35,037 nt of DNA from a candidate division WOR-3 bacterium (lineage in GTDB: Bacteria; Hydrothermota; Tepidihabitantia; Tepidihabitantales; CAIPLT01): contig CBFGJZ010000003.1 in assembly GCA_965649215.1 (NCBI GenBank), positions 44,370-79,406 on the forward strand, written 5' to 3'. Positions 32,985 through 35,037 of the stretch are shown here, one piece after another. How positions within the stretch are numbered: position 1 is the stretch's first letter; each line of letters begins with the position of its first letter. Both the position numbers and the translations under genes were made by a program. The notes under the pieces are model-generated. The model made no database searches. It had not been told where the DNA came from and saw only the letters and a list, made by a program, of their open reading frames with translations.

Positions 32985-34886
32985 TTATTTCAAAATCGCT
33001 ACCAAAAATACAATCATAATCGCAATCGCACCTAAGAAAAGCCATCCTAAATAAGTATGTAATAATCCATCGTGCAGTCTTTTAAGTGGTTTGATAAGAT
33101 CATTTACAAACTTACGCAGTTGCTCATAAATATCAAAATACTTCTTATCTGCAATTCGATAAGTGTCGTCTAAGATCGGAATTTTCTTAATCGAATCATA
33201 AAAAGCCGTGCCCGGAATATGCACTTCATTAACATCAACTACACTCGTCAAGGTTTGACCACCATCCGGCAGGGTTACGCTTGCTTGAGGTTCTTGCGAA
33301 ATCAACTCGCCACCAATAAACACTTCACTCTGACGCGATTTCTTAGCAGTACCTAATTGATAGAAAATAAATCCTAAAGCAATGCCGATCAACATTAAGA
33401 TTGTTGCCAAAGTCGGGCTCCAAAAACCCACTCCACTTATCTCATAACCAAAGACCGCATTAAAGAGATATGAGATTGGGAGACTTGCAAAAACTCCCAA
33501 AACCACACAGAGCATAGCCAAAACAATCATCGGTAAAGTCATTCCCACACCCGCTTCTTTTACTTGGTCAATTTCTTTGGGTTTTTCGCCCAAAAAGACC
33601 GAATGCAGAACTTTTAAGAATGATGCTAAAGTCAAAACACTACCAAACATTGCTAAAAGTAGGAAGAAAATACTATATTTCTGAGTTTGAGACAAATCAA
33701 TTAAACCTTGATAGATTAACCATTTTGAAGCAAAGCCATTAAATGGCGGAATCCCCGATATTGCCAATGCCGCAATCAATGTCACCGTAAAACTGATTGG
33801 CATATATCTTGCAAGTCCACCTAAATTAGCCAGTTTTGTCTCATTGGTCCGTGCCTTTACCGCACCTGCACTCAAAAATAGGGCAGTCTTATAAATCGCG
33901 TTGTTAAACATATGGAAAAGCCCACCCACAATCGCAATCGGAATTCCTGAGCCAATGCCCAATACCATATAGCCAACCTGAGACACCGCATGAAAACTTA
34001 ATAGTTTTAAGAAATTTTTCTGCACCAATGCCATTGAAACTGCGGCAATAATGGTAATTGAACCTACTACCATTAAAACAATTGAAATCGCTGAACCGCT
34101 TAATACTCTAAACATATCTAACGAGAGCCGACTTAAAAGATAGATACCTAAAATCTTATCAATTGATGCCGGCAGTAATGCCATTACTGAAACTGGCGCA
34201 CTTTCCGCCGCATCCACAATCCAAGTGTGAAACGGCATCGCACCCGCCTTAGTCAACGCACCAATCAGCAAGAGAATATAAGCAATAATTGGTAAAGCGC
34301 TGTTCAGTTGAATGGAAATCTCACTTATCGTAAGGGTTTTGGTATGAAAATATATTAGTGCCGCACCAATCAACATCAAAATATCAGAACCGCCAACCAT
34401 TACTAATGCCTTATTAGCCGCATAGCCGGCATTCTCTTTTCCTTGGGCAATTAATAAATATAATAAAATCGCAACCGCGCCCCAGGCTAAAAGTAAAACT
34501 ACTAAATTATTGGCTAATAGCGCTAATGCCGAAACGCTGATTGTCCATAAAAAGTAGGTGAAATAAACTTTTTTAAGATGCCGATACGAATAAATCATAA
34601 TCAAAAGACCAAAGAACATCGTCGCTAACAGCATGAGACCCGAAAAACGATTAATCACTAAATCTAAACTAATGCCCGGTCCTGCCCAATCAGACGGCGC
34701 AATAATATTAAATGTGTAACTAATATTTCTATTAAAAACAACCACACTCATCCCAAACGACACCGCCATTGTTAGTAATGATAAGATATAAATCGGATTT
34801 AGTGCTGACTTAAACTCTCGCTTTGGATACAACAATACTAACAGACCGATTATTAACGGTAATAAAATTAGATACAAAAGTATCAT
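32985..34886 (-). CDS. Proton-conducting antiporter-like membrane subunit (MrpA/D, NuoL/M/N, HyfB family) of a membrane-bound hydrogenase/oxidoreductase or Na+/H+ antiporter
   Basis: Many TM helices; TKAGAMPFHTWIVDA..AP, KLLSFHAVSQVGYM, FHMFNNAIYKTALFL, ISGIPPFNGFASKW. RBS AAGGAGGAG. Confidence 0.9.
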   Translation of the reverse strand: MILLYLILLPLIIGLLVLLYPKREFKSALNPIYILSLLTMAVSFGMSVVVFNRNISYTFNIIAPSDWAGPGISLDLVINRFSGLMLLATMFFGLLIMIYSYRHLKKVYFTYFLWTISVSALALLANNLVVLLLAWGAVAILLYLLIAQGKENAGYAANKALVMVGGSDILMLIGAALIYFHTKTLTISEISIQLNSALPIIAYILLLIGALTKAGAMPFHTWIVDAAESAPVSVMALLPASIDKILGIYLLSRLSLDMFRVLSGSAISIVLMVVGSITIIAAVSMALVQKNFLKLLSFHAVSQVGYMVLGIGSGIPIAIVGGLFHMFNNAIYKTALFLSAGAVKARTNETKLANLGGLARYMPISFTVTLIAALAISGIPPFNGFASKWLIYQGLIDLSQTQKYSIFFLLLAMFGSVLTLASFLKVLHSVFLGEKPKEIDQVKEAGVGMTLPMIVLAMLCVVLGVFASLPISYLFNAVFGYEISGVGFWSPTLATILMLIGIALGFIFYQLGTAKKSRQSEVFIGGELISQEPQASVTLPDGGQTLTSVVDVNEVHIPGTAFYDSIKKIPILDDTYRIADKKYFDIYEQLRKFVNDLIKPLKRLHDGLLHTYLGWLFLGAIAIMIVFLVAILK

Positions 34887-35036
34887 TTACTCCTCCTTAA
34901 TTATATTTTTTGTTAAAAACTTATTGATGACTTTTTGCATGACCGAATCTGAGATACGCTCAGCCCAATCTGCAAAAATCTCACCGCCATCAGCCAAAGT
35001 GATACCACATTCCTGATGGAGCATTTCTTGTAATTT
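34887..35036 (-). CDS. 3' end of an upstream gene of the same operon (truncated by the window edge)
   Basis: Open frame KLQEMLHQECGITLADGGEIFADWAERISDSVMQKVINKFLTKNIIKEE* whose TAA directly abuts the next ATG. Confidence 0.65.
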   Translation of the reverse strand, partial: KLQEMLHQECGITLADGGEIFADWAERISDSVMQKVINKFLTKNIIKEE

Positions 35037-35037
35037 C

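Overview
AT-rich bacterial chromosomal window with no rRNA, tRNA or CRISPR. Several secreted proteins have C-terminal sorting-domain-like tails and 'KGNNTxEFW' Kelch modules, which suggests an FCB-related lineage such as candidate division WOR-3 (inference). Gene content in order: HAD hydrolase, NucS-like nuclease, LiaF-like protein and RRM protein; a minus-strand sigma54 module (GAF-type enhancer-binding protein, Ser/Thr kinase with PEGA domains, Kelch protein, TPR protein, carboxypeptidase-regulatory-like repeat protein, beta-propeller protein) with two GG-N10-GC promoters; topA; a DUF1614-like protein, a secreted propeller and an ICMT-family protein; two giant paralogous surface proteins (2397 and 2234 aa); and an Mrp/Nuo-like membrane subunit. 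The non-coding DNA holds the most unusual signals. (1) About 18 REP-like 36-37 bp palindromes lie in four clusters, two of which form ~200 bp direct repeats around a frameshifted GIY-YIG nuclease gene that the ORF track captures only as a fragment, resembling a REP/RAYT locus with a different enzyme. (2) Two ~230 bp degenerate arrays 21 kb apart have strict 12-nt periodicity and a shared core. (3) Two long structured 5' leaders each end in a pseudoknot with an A-rich linker just before the RBS. All calls are by eye; no searches were run.
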